A stretch of DNA of 64,000 nucleotides from Fidelibacterota bacterium (GTDB taxonomy: Bacteria; Fidelibacterota; Marinisomatia; Marinisomatales; TCS56): the NCBI GenBank assembly GCA_043822705.1, contig JBDRBK010000115.1:1-64000 (forward strand), written 5' to 3'. Below, piece by piece: positions 1 to 10,142 of this stretch. The notes under the pieces were generated by a model. The model had not been told where the DNA came from and searched no databases. It was given only the letters and a program-made list of their open reading frames with translations. The position numbers were made by a program, and so were the translations under genes. Numbering within the stretch: position 1 is the first letter of the stretch; each line of letters begins with the position of its first letter.

Positions 1-864
1 TTCGGAATAGTGGATATTGTCAGTTGGAACACGGTCGATACGGAAATCGAGGAACTGCTTTTCAATCTGCCTATACGGCAGTTTTCCAAACCGCTTGAAT
101 TCAATGGTGAATACCACGTTTTCCGGGTCGTTGAAACTGAACGGAATATTCTTACACGAGACAACGATTTTCGGACGCAGCAGGAATCGCTGAGGGGTGT
201 CCTGCGAAAGCGCTGGGAAAGGGTTGCTGCCGCTGAATTCGTGGAACAGTGCCTGGCTGATCAGAATCTAATAATCAAGGCCGACCCGCTAAACCGGCTG
301 ACAGAGTACATCTGGGCAAATCGGCCGGTCGATACCAATCGTGAAATCCAGTTTATTACCAATGAGGAAATCAATTTCATTACCCAAAGTCTGGCTGATC
401 TGGCCGAGACCCCGATAGCAGTTTTTACAGATGGACAATTCACGGTTGATGAAATACTCTTCAATTACAAAATCAATCCGTTCAAGTTGAATTATGACAG
501 TATCCCGGAGTTACGGGAAAATCTGAAAAATATCGTGGCGATTTACGTGCGCGACTGGGTGTTGTCGGAAAAAGGCATCCGTGAAAAACTGGACCGCCGG
601 CCCGCGGTTATTGAAGAAGAACAGAGTCGCCGTGAACAATTGTTGGCCGAGAAAATGTTACGGAAGTTTGCTGGTGAACTGGATTTGGATAAGCATGAAA
701 TTGCAGAACAAAACAAAATTTTTAATAATTATATGTCCGATTATGTTGCCCGGTTAAAAGCAGAAGCCGATCTGGAGGTGTTTGAGAGTAATCTGCTGGC
801 CGTTAGCACCTCGGATGCCGGATTATCGCGTAAAATTGACTTTTTGGCTGTTCACACGCAATAA
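1..864 (+). CDS. PPIC/SurA-like peptidyl-prolyl isomerase or chaperone, 5'-partial
   Basis: Frame is open from base 1; 'FSKPLEFNGEYHVFRV' resembles the end of a parvulin domain and is followed by a helical SurA-like region. Confidence 0.55.
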   Translation, partial: FGIVDIVSWNTVDTEIEELLFNLPIRQFSKPLEFNGEYHVFRVVETERNILTRDNDFRTQQESLRGVLRKRWERVAAAEFVEQCLADQNLIIKADPLNRLTEYIWANRPVDTNREIQFITNEEINFITQSLADLAETPIAVFTDGQFTVDEILFNYKINPFKLNYDSIPELRENLKNIVAIYVRDWVLSEKGIREKLDRRPAVIEEEQSRREQLLAEKMLRKFAGELDLDKHEIAEQNKIFNNYMSDYVARLKAEADLEVFESNLLAVSTSDAGLSRKIDFLAVHTQ

Positions 865-877
865 TTAGTAAGGACTA

Positions 878-1906
878 ATGATGGGAAGAATAATGCATAA
901 AATAATTCCATCGCTGGTATTAATCATCAGTGTCGGGTTGGCCGAAAATGATCGTTTGACCAATGTCGGCACCACTTCGGCATCATTTCTGGAAGTCGGT
1001 ATTGGGGCGCGGGCGGTCGGCATGGGCGGAGCCTTTGTGGCACAGGCCAGCGACGTATCCGCTATATACTGGAATCCCGCCGGATTGAGCCGGTTGAAAA
1101 ATTATGAAGCGATGTTTGAGCGCGTCGAATGGCTGACTGATATCAGTTTTAATTTCGTTGGCGTGACTTTTCCGCTTCGCCACAATTCCAGCATCGGTTT
1201 TTTCCTGAATTCCATGAACGTGCCATACCAGGTAGTCAGGAACCAGGATTTCCCCGATGGAACCGGCGAGGAATTCAATGCTGTCAGTCTTGCCGCTGGT
1301 GCTTCCTACGCGCTCAATCTTACTGACCGGTTCTCGATCGGCTTTAACCTGAAGTACATCCAGGAACGGATCTGGCACGAAAAGGCCACCAGCTACGCGG
1401 TTGATATCGGCACTTTGTATCATACCGGAATAAATGGTCTGCGAATCGGTGCTGCGATCACTAATTTTGGGCCGCCTCTCCAAATGGATGGCAGCGACCT
1501 GATCATTTATGAAGATGTGGCACCCGATATTGACGGTAATAACGATCGCATCATGGGCAAATACCTCACCGATGAATGGCCGTTACCACTGAATATGCAA
1601 TTTGGGATTGCCTACGATGTTCTGAATTCCAATTTGGTTAAAATGACTATAGCGGTCGATGCTTTTCATCCGATCAATAATACAGAAAGTATTAACACCG
1701 GATTTGAACTGATGCTGTTTAATACACTGTACGCCCGGGGAGGCTACAAGGCAATCGCTCAGCAGGATACTGAAGAGGGTCTGACGCTGGGGGGCGGGTT
1801 GCGCTATAAAATGTTCGGACAGTCCTATATAAAAATTGACTATGCCTATGCCGACTTTGGTCGGCTTAAAAATGTTAAACGTTACACTATTCGAATGGAG
1901 TTTTGA
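878..1906 (+). CDS. PorV/PorQ-family (UPF0164) outer-membrane beta-barrel protein
   Basis: Signal peptide, 'FLEVGIGARAVGMGGAFVA...AIYWNPAGL' motif, C-terminal Phe. Confidence 0.85.
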   Translation: MMGRIMHKIIPSLVLIISVGLAENDRLTNVGTTSASFLEVGIGARAVGMGGAFVAQASDVSAIYWNPAGLSRLKNYEAMFERVEWLTDISFNFVGVTFPLRHNSSIGFFLNSMNVPYQVVRNQDFPDGTGEEFNAVSLAAGASYALNLTDRFSIGFNLKYIQERIWHEKATSYAVDIGTLYHTGINGLRIGAAITNFGPPLQMDGSDLIIYEDVAPDIDGNNDRIMGKYLTDEWPLPLNMQFGIAYDVLNSNLVKMTIAVDAFHPINNTESINTGFELMLFNTLYARGGYKAIAQQDTEEGLTLGGGLRYKMFGQSYIKIDYAYADFGRLKNVKRYTIRMEF

Positions 1907-1950
1907 TGCTCGTAGCAATTTTTTCAGTACTGAAAAGAATTGATATAACC

Positions 1951-4900
1951 ATGGTTCGGATTATCCAATCCGTTCTCCCACTGGCGATAATTATTTTCTG
2001 TTTTGTAGCCACTGTTATATTGGCTGAACAAATTCCGATCAACCGGGTCGAACAGATACCCAATCTGCCGACGCCATATCTGATGCGCGACTGGGAGCAG
2101 GTAGCGCTGGGCTACGACAGCCTTGTGTTCGATCTGAATCGCACCGGTCAATACCTGCCCCTGATCTGGATAAACAACAATACGATCAATTATTCCAGTC
2201 ACTCCAGCTTTGGTCTGCATACCGTTGTTGGTACACCATATCCAAACAACGCGGAAGCCATAAATACGCTGCCAGCCGTAGTCGGGGCGACGCTGGTCGG
2301 TGTAGATAAAAGTAATCAGAGCGGCCATAACTGGGTGCTGGGCTGCGAGGAATGGTTCAATCGCCGACCGGAAGAAAACGTGTATCTGAATAATTATGTC
2401 ACCAGCAGCGGCGACGACTGGTGGTACTCCATGATGCCGAATGTATTCTTTTACCAGTTGTATGCTTTATATCCCGGAATGGGCGATTTTGAATACCAGT
2501 TCCAGTCAGTGGCCGATCAGTGGCTGCGAGCCGTGCGGAAAATGGGCGGCGATGCGACGCCCTGGAAAAAGGCCTCAATGAATTACCGGGGCTGGTATCT
2601 CGCGACCATGGCACCATTCGGAACCGGCGTCAAGGAACCGGAATCAGCCGGCTCAATCGCCTGGCTGCTGTACAATGCCTATCGCGAAACCGCCGAATCC
2701 CGGTATTTGAACGGTGCGGAATGGGCGATGGAATTCCTGAGCGATTTCCCGACCAATGCCGCCTACGAACTGCAACTACCATACGGAGTCTACACCGCAG
2801 CCCGGATGAATGCCGAGTTGGGTACGACCTACGATGTTCAAAAAATGCTGAACTGGTGTTTCGATCCCAGCGATAATGTCCGCCAATGGGGAGTTACCCT
2901 GGGGCGCTGGGGCGATTATGACTGTTATGGTCTGGTTGGTGAGGCCAAATATACCGGCTATGCTTTTGCAATGAACGGATTCGAAATGGCCGGTGCTCTG
3001 GTACCGATGGTGCGTTACGATGACCGGTTCGCGCGGGCGATCGGCAAATGGGTACTCAATATGGCCAACGCCTCGCGCCTGTTTTACGCCGGTTTTCTTC
3101 CGGACAGCCTCCAGGATGGAGAAACTTGGGCGCACCAGTACGACCCCAACAGTTATATCGCCCATGAATCCATGCGTCAGTATGCACTTTATACCGGGGT
3201 CAGCCCCTTTGCCACCGGCGATGCTGTCGATGGTAACTGGGGGGAAACAAATTTCGCCCTCTATGGATCGTCCCATGTCGGCATTTTGGGGGGAATCATC
3301 GACACTACCAATGTCGCCGGTATTCTGCAACTGGACCTGCTTAAAACCGACTATTTCCAGGATTCGGCCTATCCTAGTTATCTGTTCTACAACCCGCATG
3401 CCGAGAGCAAAACAATAACCCTGGATGTTGGGGATAATTCGGTCGATATTTATGATGCTGTCACCAACCAGTATCTTGCCTTGGGAGTCAGCGGGCCGAC
3501 AACTCTGGAAATTCCGGCCGATGCCGCCGTACTGGCGGTTTATACGCCTGCCGGCGGGATTTCGCAATACGATCTCGAACGACTACTCATCGATGGTATT
3601 GTAGTTGATTATCACTCCGGTCAGGCCGTCGACAATTACCCGCCACGGATCAAGGCTGTTGCCTGCGATTCGATTACCGTGGTTTTCAATCAATCGGTCC
3701 CGATTTACTGCACCGCCGCCGATCGTGATGGCGATGACTTGTCCTATTCTTGGACAATTGTGGGCAATCCACTGGCTGGTGATACTGCTGTCGTCAACTG
3801 GACAGCGCCGGCGACCGAAGCCGATTTCTGGGTGGTCTGTGCGGTTAGCGATGGTGGTCCGGTGACCGCTCGTGACAGCATTCGCCTGACAGTGATTGAA
3901 GCGATAAATACGCCGCCATCGATTACGGATCTGTCGGCCACACCCACGGTGATTGCTCTAGGTGACACCGCCCGATTGGTCTGCCATGTCAGCGATCCCG
4001 ACGGCGATAGTTTAATTTTTGACTGGTCGGCCGCTTTTGGTTTACTCGGCACAGGTGATAGTCTGAATTACTGGGTCGCGCCCGATTCCGCCGGTTATTA
4101 CCATGTCCTGTGTCAGGTCAGCGATAATCGTGGTGGGGAAGATCTGGACAGCGTCCTGATCGTGGTGCGTGATTCCAGCGGTGCGCTGATCGACGACGCA
4201 GTGGCCTGGTATCCGTTCAGCGGCAATACCGATGATTTCAGCGCCTATGGCAATCATGGGACTAATAATGGTGTCACGCTAGTGGCGGACCGATTTGGTA
4301 ATGCCGACCAGGCTGGATACTTTGATGGTACCGAAGACAATGTCAGGATATTTTCCAGTACCAGTCTGAATTTCCAGGATGCCATTACCGTCAGCTTCTG
4401 GATGAAACCGGCCAGTCTGCCCAGTTATCGTGAATCATATCCTATATCCCACGGTAACTGGGAAAACCGTTGGAAGGTGTCAATTCTGCCGGAAAAGAAA
4501 ATCCGTTGGACCATTAAAACGACGACCGGAATTATCGACCTGGACAGCCAGACAAAAGTGGCTACAAATATCTGGTATCACGTTATCGGTCGTTACGACG
4601 GTAGCAATTTTGATATTTACCTGGATGGCAGTCTGAATTCACACACGACTTATTCTGGGTCAATCATGACCACCGCTATCGACCTGATGATCGGCCAGTG
4701 TCTGCCTACCACCAGCCAGTACAATTTCAACGGTGTTCTGGATGATATCCGCATCTACGATAGGCCTTTATCACCGGAAGAAATCGCACTGCTGTACAAT
4801 GAAATCGTCGGTCTGGCCAATGATGCAAAACAGTTGCCCGAATCTTTCAGACTCGAACAGAATTATCCCAATCCTTTCAACCCCCGCACAACCATTCAAT

Positions 4901-5103
4901 ACCAGCTTGCCAAACCGGGACAGGTGCGCCTGGAAATTATCGATATCCGCGGTCGAATAGTGGATGCAATTGTCAATGAGTATCAGCCCGCCGGTTATTA
5001 TTCGGTGGTCTGGAATGCGGACAATTCCAGTTCCGGTGTGTATTTCTATCGCCTGCAAAAGGATGATTTCACTACAGTGAAGAAATGTATCAAGCTGAAA
5101 TAA
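1951..5103 (+). CDS. Secreted multidomain protein: unclassified N-terminal (probably carbohydrate-active) domain, Ig/PKD-like repeats, LamG domain, T9SS/FlgD-type C-terminal domain
   Basis: Signal peptide; 'DRDGDDLSYSW'/'DPDGDSLIFDW' Ig repeats; LamG 'FNGVLDDIRIYDRPLS'; 'NYPNPFNP...SSGVYFY...KKCIKLK'. Start could be 1903. Confidence 0.75.
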   Translation: MVRIIQSVLPLAIIIFCFVATVILAEQIPINRVEQIPNLPTPYLMRDWEQVALGYDSLVFDLNRTGQYLPLIWINNNTINYSSHSSFGLHTVVGTPYPNNAEAINTLPAVVGATLVGVDKSNQSGHNWVLGCEEWFNRRPEENVYLNNYVTSSGDDWWYSMMPNVFFYQLYALYPGMGDFEYQFQSVADQWLRAVRKMGGDATPWKKASMNYRGWYLATMAPFGTGVKEPESAGSIAWLLYNAYRETAESRYLNGAEWAMEFLSDFPTNAAYELQLPYGVYTAARMNAELGTTYDVQKMLNWCFDPSDNVRQWGVTLGRWGDYDCYGLVGEAKYTGYAFAMNGFEMAGALVPMVRYDDRFARAIGKWVLNMANASRLFYAGFLPDSLQDGETWAHQYDPNSYIAHESMRQYALYTGVSPFATGDAVDGNWGETNFALYGSSHVGILGGIIDTTNVAGILQLDLLKTDYFQDSAYPSYLFYNPHAESKTITLDVGDNSVDIYDAVTNQYLALGVSGPTTLEIPADAAVLAVYTPAGGISQYDLERLLIDGIVVDYHSGQAVDNYPPRIKAVACDSITVVFNQSVPIYCTAADRDGDDLSYSWTIVGNPLAGDTAVVNWTAPATEADFWVVCAVSDGGPVTARDSIRLTVIEAINTPPSITDLSATPTVIALGDTARLVCHVSDPDGDSLIFDWSAAFGLLGTGDSLNYWVAPDSAGYYHVLCQVSDNRGGEDLDSVLIVVRDSSGALIDDAVAWYPFSGNTDDFSAYGNHGTNNGVTLVADRFGNADQAGYFDGTEDNVRIFSSTSLNFQDAITVSFWMKPASLPSYRESYPISHGNWENRWKVSILPEKKIRWTIKTTTGIIDLDSQTKVATNIWYHVIGRYDGSNFDIYLDGSLNSHTTYSGSIMTTAIDLMIGQCLPTTSQYNFNGVLDDIRIYDRPLSPEEIALLYNEIVGLANDAKQLPESFRLEQNYPNPFNPRTTIQYQLAKPGQVRLEIIDIRGRIVDAIVNEYQPAGYYSVVWNADNSSSGVYFYRLQKDDFTTVKKCIKLK

Positions 5104-5109
5104 ATTGTA

Positions 5110-7668
5110 ATGTTAAATAGAGCGCTGATAAGTGAGTCCTTCCGGCGGCACCAGATATTTCCGTTGGCATTTATTATTGGTGGTTTATTAGGCGGTTGTG
5201 CCGTCAGACAAGAGCAGCGTGATCTGGCGGTTACATTCGATGGTCCGGCGCGGATTGAAGTCGGCGGTCCATTCGTGGGTGCCGAATTTCACAACAGCTA
5301 CCCGGTGCCCCAGCGGATCAGCTTTTTCTATCCCATCGCCAACAGTATCGATCAGAGTAACGATTACTGGACCCGTGATAGCAGTGTGATAATGACCGTC
5401 GGTCTACAAATCGGTGACAATCCCCGTCTGGATCTGAGCCGGTTGCCCACTTCATTCAATCTGACACCTTTCAACGTTGGTTTTAGTCAGAACCACCCTA
5501 AAAGCACCATTGAAATTGATTACCAATTCTGCCAATCCAAGCCGGCTATGGTTGTGACAATTTCAGTGACCAATACCGGTTCCGAAACAGAACTTTATCA
5601 GTTGGACACCAGGCTGACCACCGCCCTGCGCACCTGTCATACTTTCCGCCGCATAGAAACCGGCTGGACCAGCTATGACGAAGTCACGGCCACCCTGATT
5701 ACCCGCTATACCGATGAAGAAGTGAGCAATGTCTGTGTCTTTGTGATGAACGGTGGTGCGAAAGCCGAACTGGTGTCAGCGCCGGTTGCGGAAGATGACC
5801 CGAGTAAAACCGCCGCCGCGTTTCGCTATCAGGAGAAACTTGCGCCCGGAGCAACGCTGCAGGCGGTCCAGGTGATCGGTTCCTGCTATGCGGAAGAAAC
5901 CAACGATCTGGTCGAGTACCTCAGCGGGAATTATAGACGCGAAGTCGAACAGTTTGAAACCGCAGTTCTGGTCAAAGCGTCGAACGAGTTTTTATTCGAT
6001 ACCGGAGATAATGTGCTTAATCATTCGGCGCACTGGGCAAAATCGACGCTCGCCGTTTTAGATCATTATCTGGACGGTGAAATCGTACCCATGCCCTGTC
6101 CGGCGGAGTATAATTTCTACTTCACGCACGATGCCCTGGTCACCGATCTGGCAGCGGTGAATTTCGATCTGCCGCGGGTGCGCCGGGACCTGGAATACCT
6201 GCTCAAACACGCCAACGACCAGCATATCATTCCCCATGCTTATTACTGGAAAGATGGTGAATACCGAACCGAATACGCCGATTCTAACAACTGGAACCAT
6301 TTCTGGTTCATCCAGACTGCCGCCAGCTACCTGCGGCATTCCGATGATTTAAACCTGCTCCGGCGCTGTTATCCGTATTTAAGCCAAAGCCTGGAATATG
6401 CCCTCCACAGCCGGGAAGATGACGGCCTGTTGTATGCTTACTATCTGGACGGCTGGGATATCGGACACAATTTCGGCCCACGGGCCTTCATGACCATTAT
6501 GGCTCTGAAGGGCATTCGGGATTATGTCTATATCTCCACTGTTTTGGGAGAAAATTCAGGGCGCATGGTCGAATACGAGCAACTAGCCGATGAAATGGAA
6601 CAGGCGCTGGCCGAGCGATTATGGAACGAAGAAGCCGGCTATCTGATCAATTATTATGAGAACGGCGACATTGATCCGCACTACTATGCCGGTTCACTGC
6701 TGGCCGCTCATTTTGGTCTGCTGGATCAGGAAAAAAGTCAGCGTTTGATCGCCACTGCCACTACCAAACTGGTCGATCCGGCCATTGGCGTCTACACGGT
6801 CTACCCCCCGGATTTTCACTTGCTGGGCGATTTTCTGAAATTCAAGGGCGACGAGGTAGGCCCGCCCTATGTTTATGCCAACGGTGCCGTCTGGAATCAC
6901 TGCAACGCCTGGTATGCCCTGGGACTGATGGCCGGCGGGGAACGTGCCGTGGCCCACGATTTTATCCGTCGGATCATGACTATTGATGGCATTATGAACA
7001 GCCCCAACGGTCAGCCGGCCATGTACGAATACCGCAACAGCAATCAGGGCGATACGGCCGTGTACGGTCGAATTGACAAGCCGCAATTCCTCTGGGCTGC
7101 CGGCTGGTATCTGTATGCGCTATACCATTTATATGGAGTCGAAGAGAATAGCTGGAACATTGCATTTCAGCCCTATCTGCCGGCGGGGCAGCAATCCAGT
7201 GAATTCGATCTGACCCTGGCCGGCCGGAAAATCCGGATAGCGGTAAGTGGAGAAGGCGAATACCTGCAGGCGATTCGCTGTAACAGCACGAACATTGACT
7301 GCGCCGTATTCTCACCGGATCTGATTACTGGTGATCGAATTGAATTAGTACTTGGCTCACCGGAAACTCCCTATCTGGCAGGCGCAGAAGCGATCGTCGA
7401 ATCCTGTGTCTACCAGACCGACCGGCAGCGACTGGACCTGGTATTGGCAGCCTTCCCCGGTCACCGGAATACAGTAACCGTGGTGGCACCAGTAGCACCG
7501 CAGGAAATTTACCTGGATGGTCAGCCATTTCAAGGTTCCTGTACTGTCGCCAAGCGTGGTTCGGTACAACTTATCTCACTTGAAATTCCCCATAATGCTC
7601 CCCGGGCGAACGTGACGCTGCATTTTGCAGCGGCGGAAGACAATCAAGGATTAAGCGATGAAAATTGA
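5110..7668 (+). CDS. Lipoprotein with an (alpha/alpha)6-barrel glycoside hydrolase/phosphorylase-like domain (paralog 1)
   Basis: Lipobox LLGGC; 'YANGAVWNHCNAWYAL' and 'QFLWAAG' resemble six-hairpin glycosidase C-terminal motifs. Confidence 0.6.
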   Translation: MLNRALISESFRRHQIFPLAFIIGGLLGGCAVRQEQRDLAVTFDGPARIEVGGPFVGAEFHNSYPVPQRISFFYPIANSIDQSNDYWTRDSSVIMTVGLQIGDNPRLDLSRLPTSFNLTPFNVGFSQNHPKSTIEIDYQFCQSKPAMVVTISVTNTGSETELYQLDTRLTTALRTCHTFRRIETGWTSYDEVTATLITRYTDEEVSNVCVFVMNGGAKAELVSAPVAEDDPSKTAAAFRYQEKLAPGATLQAVQVIGSCYAEETNDLVEYLSGNYRREVEQFETAVLVKASNEFLFDTGDNVLNHSAHWAKSTLAVLDHYLDGEIVPMPCPAEYNFYFTHDALVTDLAAVNFDLPRVRRDLEYLLKHANDQHIIPHAYYWKDGEYRTEYADSNNWNHFWFIQTAASYLRHSDDLNLLRRCYPYLSQSLEYALHSREDDGLLYAYYLDGWDIGHNFGPRAFMTIMALKGIRDYVYISTVLGENSGRMVEYEQLADEMEQALAERLWNEEAGYLINYYENGDIDPHYYAGSLLAAHFGLLDQEKSQRLIATATTKLVDPAIGVYTVYPPDFHLLGDFLKFKGDEVGPPYVYANGAVWNHCNAWYALGLMAGGERAVAHDFIRRIMTIDGIMNSPNGQPAMYEYRNSNQGDTAVYGRIDKPQFLWAAGWYLYALYHLYGVEENSWNIAFQPYLPAGQQSSEFDLTLAGRKIRIAVSGEGEYLQAIRCNSTNIDCAVFSPDLITGDRIELVLGSPETPYLAGAEAIVESCVYQTDRQRLDLVLAAFPGHRNTVTVVAPVAPQEIYLDGQPFQGSCTVAKRGSVQLISLEIPHNAPRANVTLHFAAAEDNQGLSDEN

Positions 7669-10141
7669 CCGGCGTTACTATTATGGACTGATTATTTCAA
7701 TGGTCCTCTTCGGTTGTGGATGTTCCAATGTACCGGTGTCGGAGCACCAACTGGCACTGAGCTTCGACGGTGAGGCTGGTCTGGAAGTGGGCGGTCCGTT
7801 CATCGGTCTGGCTTTCCATCACAGTGCGATGATTCCCCAACGGATCAGCTTTTTCTATCCGGTGGCCAACAGTATCGATCACAGCCGCGATTATTGGACC
7901 CGCGACACCTCTTTCGTCATGGACTGGTCGCTCAAAATCGATGACGGACCGGCCACCCCGGTCGGTCGTCAGGGCGCCCCGTTTGAGTTTACGCCCTATG
8001 CCGTCACCTTCAGGAGGGCCGGGGCCGGTTACCTGATCGAAGCCGATTACCGTTTCTGCCAGGATAAACCGGCGGCGGTCCAGACTATAACAATCACCAA
8101 CGAAGCCACCATCGCGCGGGATTTTCGTTTTGACTACCGTCTGAAAACCGGGTTGCGGACCTGCCACACATTTAAGATCATAAATGACGGCCGGGCGGAA
8201 ATCAGCTCCGATCAAAGGACCGTCTACACATATTTCGATGATTCTGACACCAGGCAGACCTGTGTGTTTACGGCCAATGCGGGGGTGGTGCCGGTTACGG
8301 CCGAGGCTAACGAAGAACAGCAAACCCCGTTTTCCCGGTTTGTCTATGAAAAACGCCTGGAACCGGGGGCGAAACTGGAAATAATCCTGATCATCGGTTC
8401 GACCACTACCGCCGAAGGGCCGGCCACGGTGGAGTATCTGCTGTCTAATTACCGTGAAGAAATCAAGCGCTACGAACAGACCATTGAAAAGAAAATATTC
8501 GAAACCTGGGTGACCAGAACCGGCAATCCTGACACCGATCATTCCGTGGCCTGGGCCAAGGCTGTCATGGAAGCAAACAAGCATTACCTGGACGGTGAAT
8601 TCGTACCAATGCCCTGTCCGGCGGAGTACAATTTCTATTTTACGCACGATGTGCTGGTCAGCGACTTGGCGGCGGTGAACTATGATCTGGCGCGGGTGAA
8701 AGAAGACCTGGATTATATCATCCGGCACGCAGATGAAAACAAGATCATTCCCCACGCCTACTACTGGAAAGATGGTAAGTACGTAACTGAATATGCCAGT
8801 TCCGACAACTGGAATAACTTCTGGCTGATCCTGGTATCCGCCGCTTACCTACGCCATTCCGGTGATGCGGATTTCGTGTCGCGGTTATATCCCTATATTG
8901 AAGTCAGCCTGGAACGGTCGTTGCTGACCCTGGAAGACGATAACCTGATGTGGTCCTACCGCCCGGACTGGTGGGACATCGGGCAGAATTACGGTCCCCG
9001 GTCATACATGACGATCCTGGCAATCAAGGCCCTGCAGGAATATATTTTCCTGTCCACGGCCCTGAATCGGAATCCCGAACGCGTGCCGGAACTGGCCGCC
9101 AACGCCGCCGCCATGGAAACGGCGCTCACCGAAAAGCTGTGGCGGGACGATATGCAGTATTTGGTGAATTATCACGACGATGGCTCCCTGGATGAACATT
9201 ATTATATCGGTTCGCTGCTGGGGGCCCATTTTGATCTGCTGGACGATGAAAAAGCCAACGCCCTGGTGAATACGGCCCAGGCCGTGATGGTCGATGAAAA
9301 AGTAGGGATTTACAATGCCTATCCCATGGACTTCGAGCGTTGGGGCGAATTTCTGAAATTTCACGGCAACGAGGTGGGCGCCAAGTATTATTATTTCAAT
9401 GGCGGTATCTGGCCGCAGGGCAATGCCTGGTATGCCTTGGCACTGATTGCCCGGGACCGACGGGAAGAAGCAGGCCGCTTCATCGATCAGGTGATGTCTT
9501 TGCATGGCATAATGAACGGACCCAACGGCCAGCCGGCCTATTACGAAGTGCGTAACGCCAACCGTGATAATCCAGATGAATACGGTCGGGTCGACAAACC
9601 GCAGTTCATGTGGGCCGGTGCCTGGTACCTGTACAGCCTGTACAATCTATTCGGTGTGCGGGACAACGGCTGGAATATCGCCCTTGATCCATATATTCCC
9701 ACCGGGCAGAAAAACAATCAATTCAGCCTGTTCGTCAACGGCAATCCGGTGGTGGTTACAGTTACCGGCCGCGGCCCGGCGCTGAGTGCACTAAAATTCA
9801 ATGGCCGGGATCAGCACACCCTGGTATTCCCCGCAGACCTGACCAGCCTGAAAGAAGTGAATTTGGAACTGGGCCGGCCGCACCAGCCCTATCTCCAAAA
9901 AACCACTGCTATGCTGGAAAGCTGCACCGGTGATGATCGTCGGCTGCACGTGAGCCTGCGGGCCTTTACCGGTCACGAGAATGAAACTGAAATCATTAGC
10001 CCGACGACCCCACGGGAAGTACGGCTCAACGGCGAGGCCGGGACTGCTTTCTGGCAGGCTGAAAATATGAAGGACTATTACCGGGTTGCAATACGGTTTA
10101 CCCATCGGCAGCCGGTTGCTGAACTGGAAATTCTGTTCTAA
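7658..10141 (+). CDS. Lipoprotein with an (alpha/alpha)6-barrel glycoside hydrolase/phosphorylase-like domain (paralog 2)
   Basis: Lipobox-like LFGC; shares 'PQRISFFYP.ANSID', 'VPMPCPAEYNFYFTHD' and 'IIPHAYYWKDG' with the upstream gene. Confidence 0.6.
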   Translation: MKIDRRYYYGLIISMVLFGCGCSNVPVSEHQLALSFDGEAGLEVGGPFIGLAFHHSAMIPQRISFFYPVANSIDHSRDYWTRDTSFVMDWSLKIDDGPATPVGRQGAPFEFTPYAVTFRRAGAGYLIEADYRFCQDKPAAVQTITITNEATIARDFRFDYRLKTGLRTCHTFKIINDGRAEISSDQRTVYTYFDDSDTRQTCVFTANAGVVPVTAEANEEQQTPFSRFVYEKRLEPGAKLEIILIIGSTTTAEGPATVEYLLSNYREEIKRYEQTIEKKIFETWVTRTGNPDTDHSVAWAKAVMEANKHYLDGEFVPMPCPAEYNFYFTHDVLVSDLAAVNYDLARVKEDLDYIIRHADENKIIPHAYYWKDGKYVTEYASSDNWNNFWLILVSAAYLRHSGDADFVSRLYPYIEVSLERSLLTLEDDNLMWSYRPDWWDIGQNYGPRSYMTILAIKALQEYIFLSTALNRNPERVPELAANAAAMETALTEKLWRDDMQYLVNYHDDGSLDEHYYIGSLLGAHFDLLDDEKANALVNTAQAVMVDEKVGIYNAYPMDFERWGEFLKFHGNEVGAKYYYFNGGIWPQGNAWYALALIARDRREEAGRFIDQVMSLHGIMNGPNGQPAYYEVRNANRDNPDEYGRVDKPQFMWAGAWYLYSLYNLFGVRDNGWNIALDPYIPTGQKNNQFSLFVNGNPVVVTVTGRGPALSALKFNGRDQHTLVFPADLTSLKEVNLELGRPHQPYLQKTTAMLESCTGDDRRLHVSLRAFTGHENETEIISPTTPREVRLNGEAGTAFWQAENMKDYYRVAIRFTHRQPVAELEILF

Positions 10142-10142
10142 A

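Noticed and set aside
7697..8755. Long antisense ORFs here and at 10173-11126, 33964-35058, 44361-45494 and 62234-63124
   Set aside because: They lie opposite well-supported genes and have no motifs; expected from GC-rich codon bias
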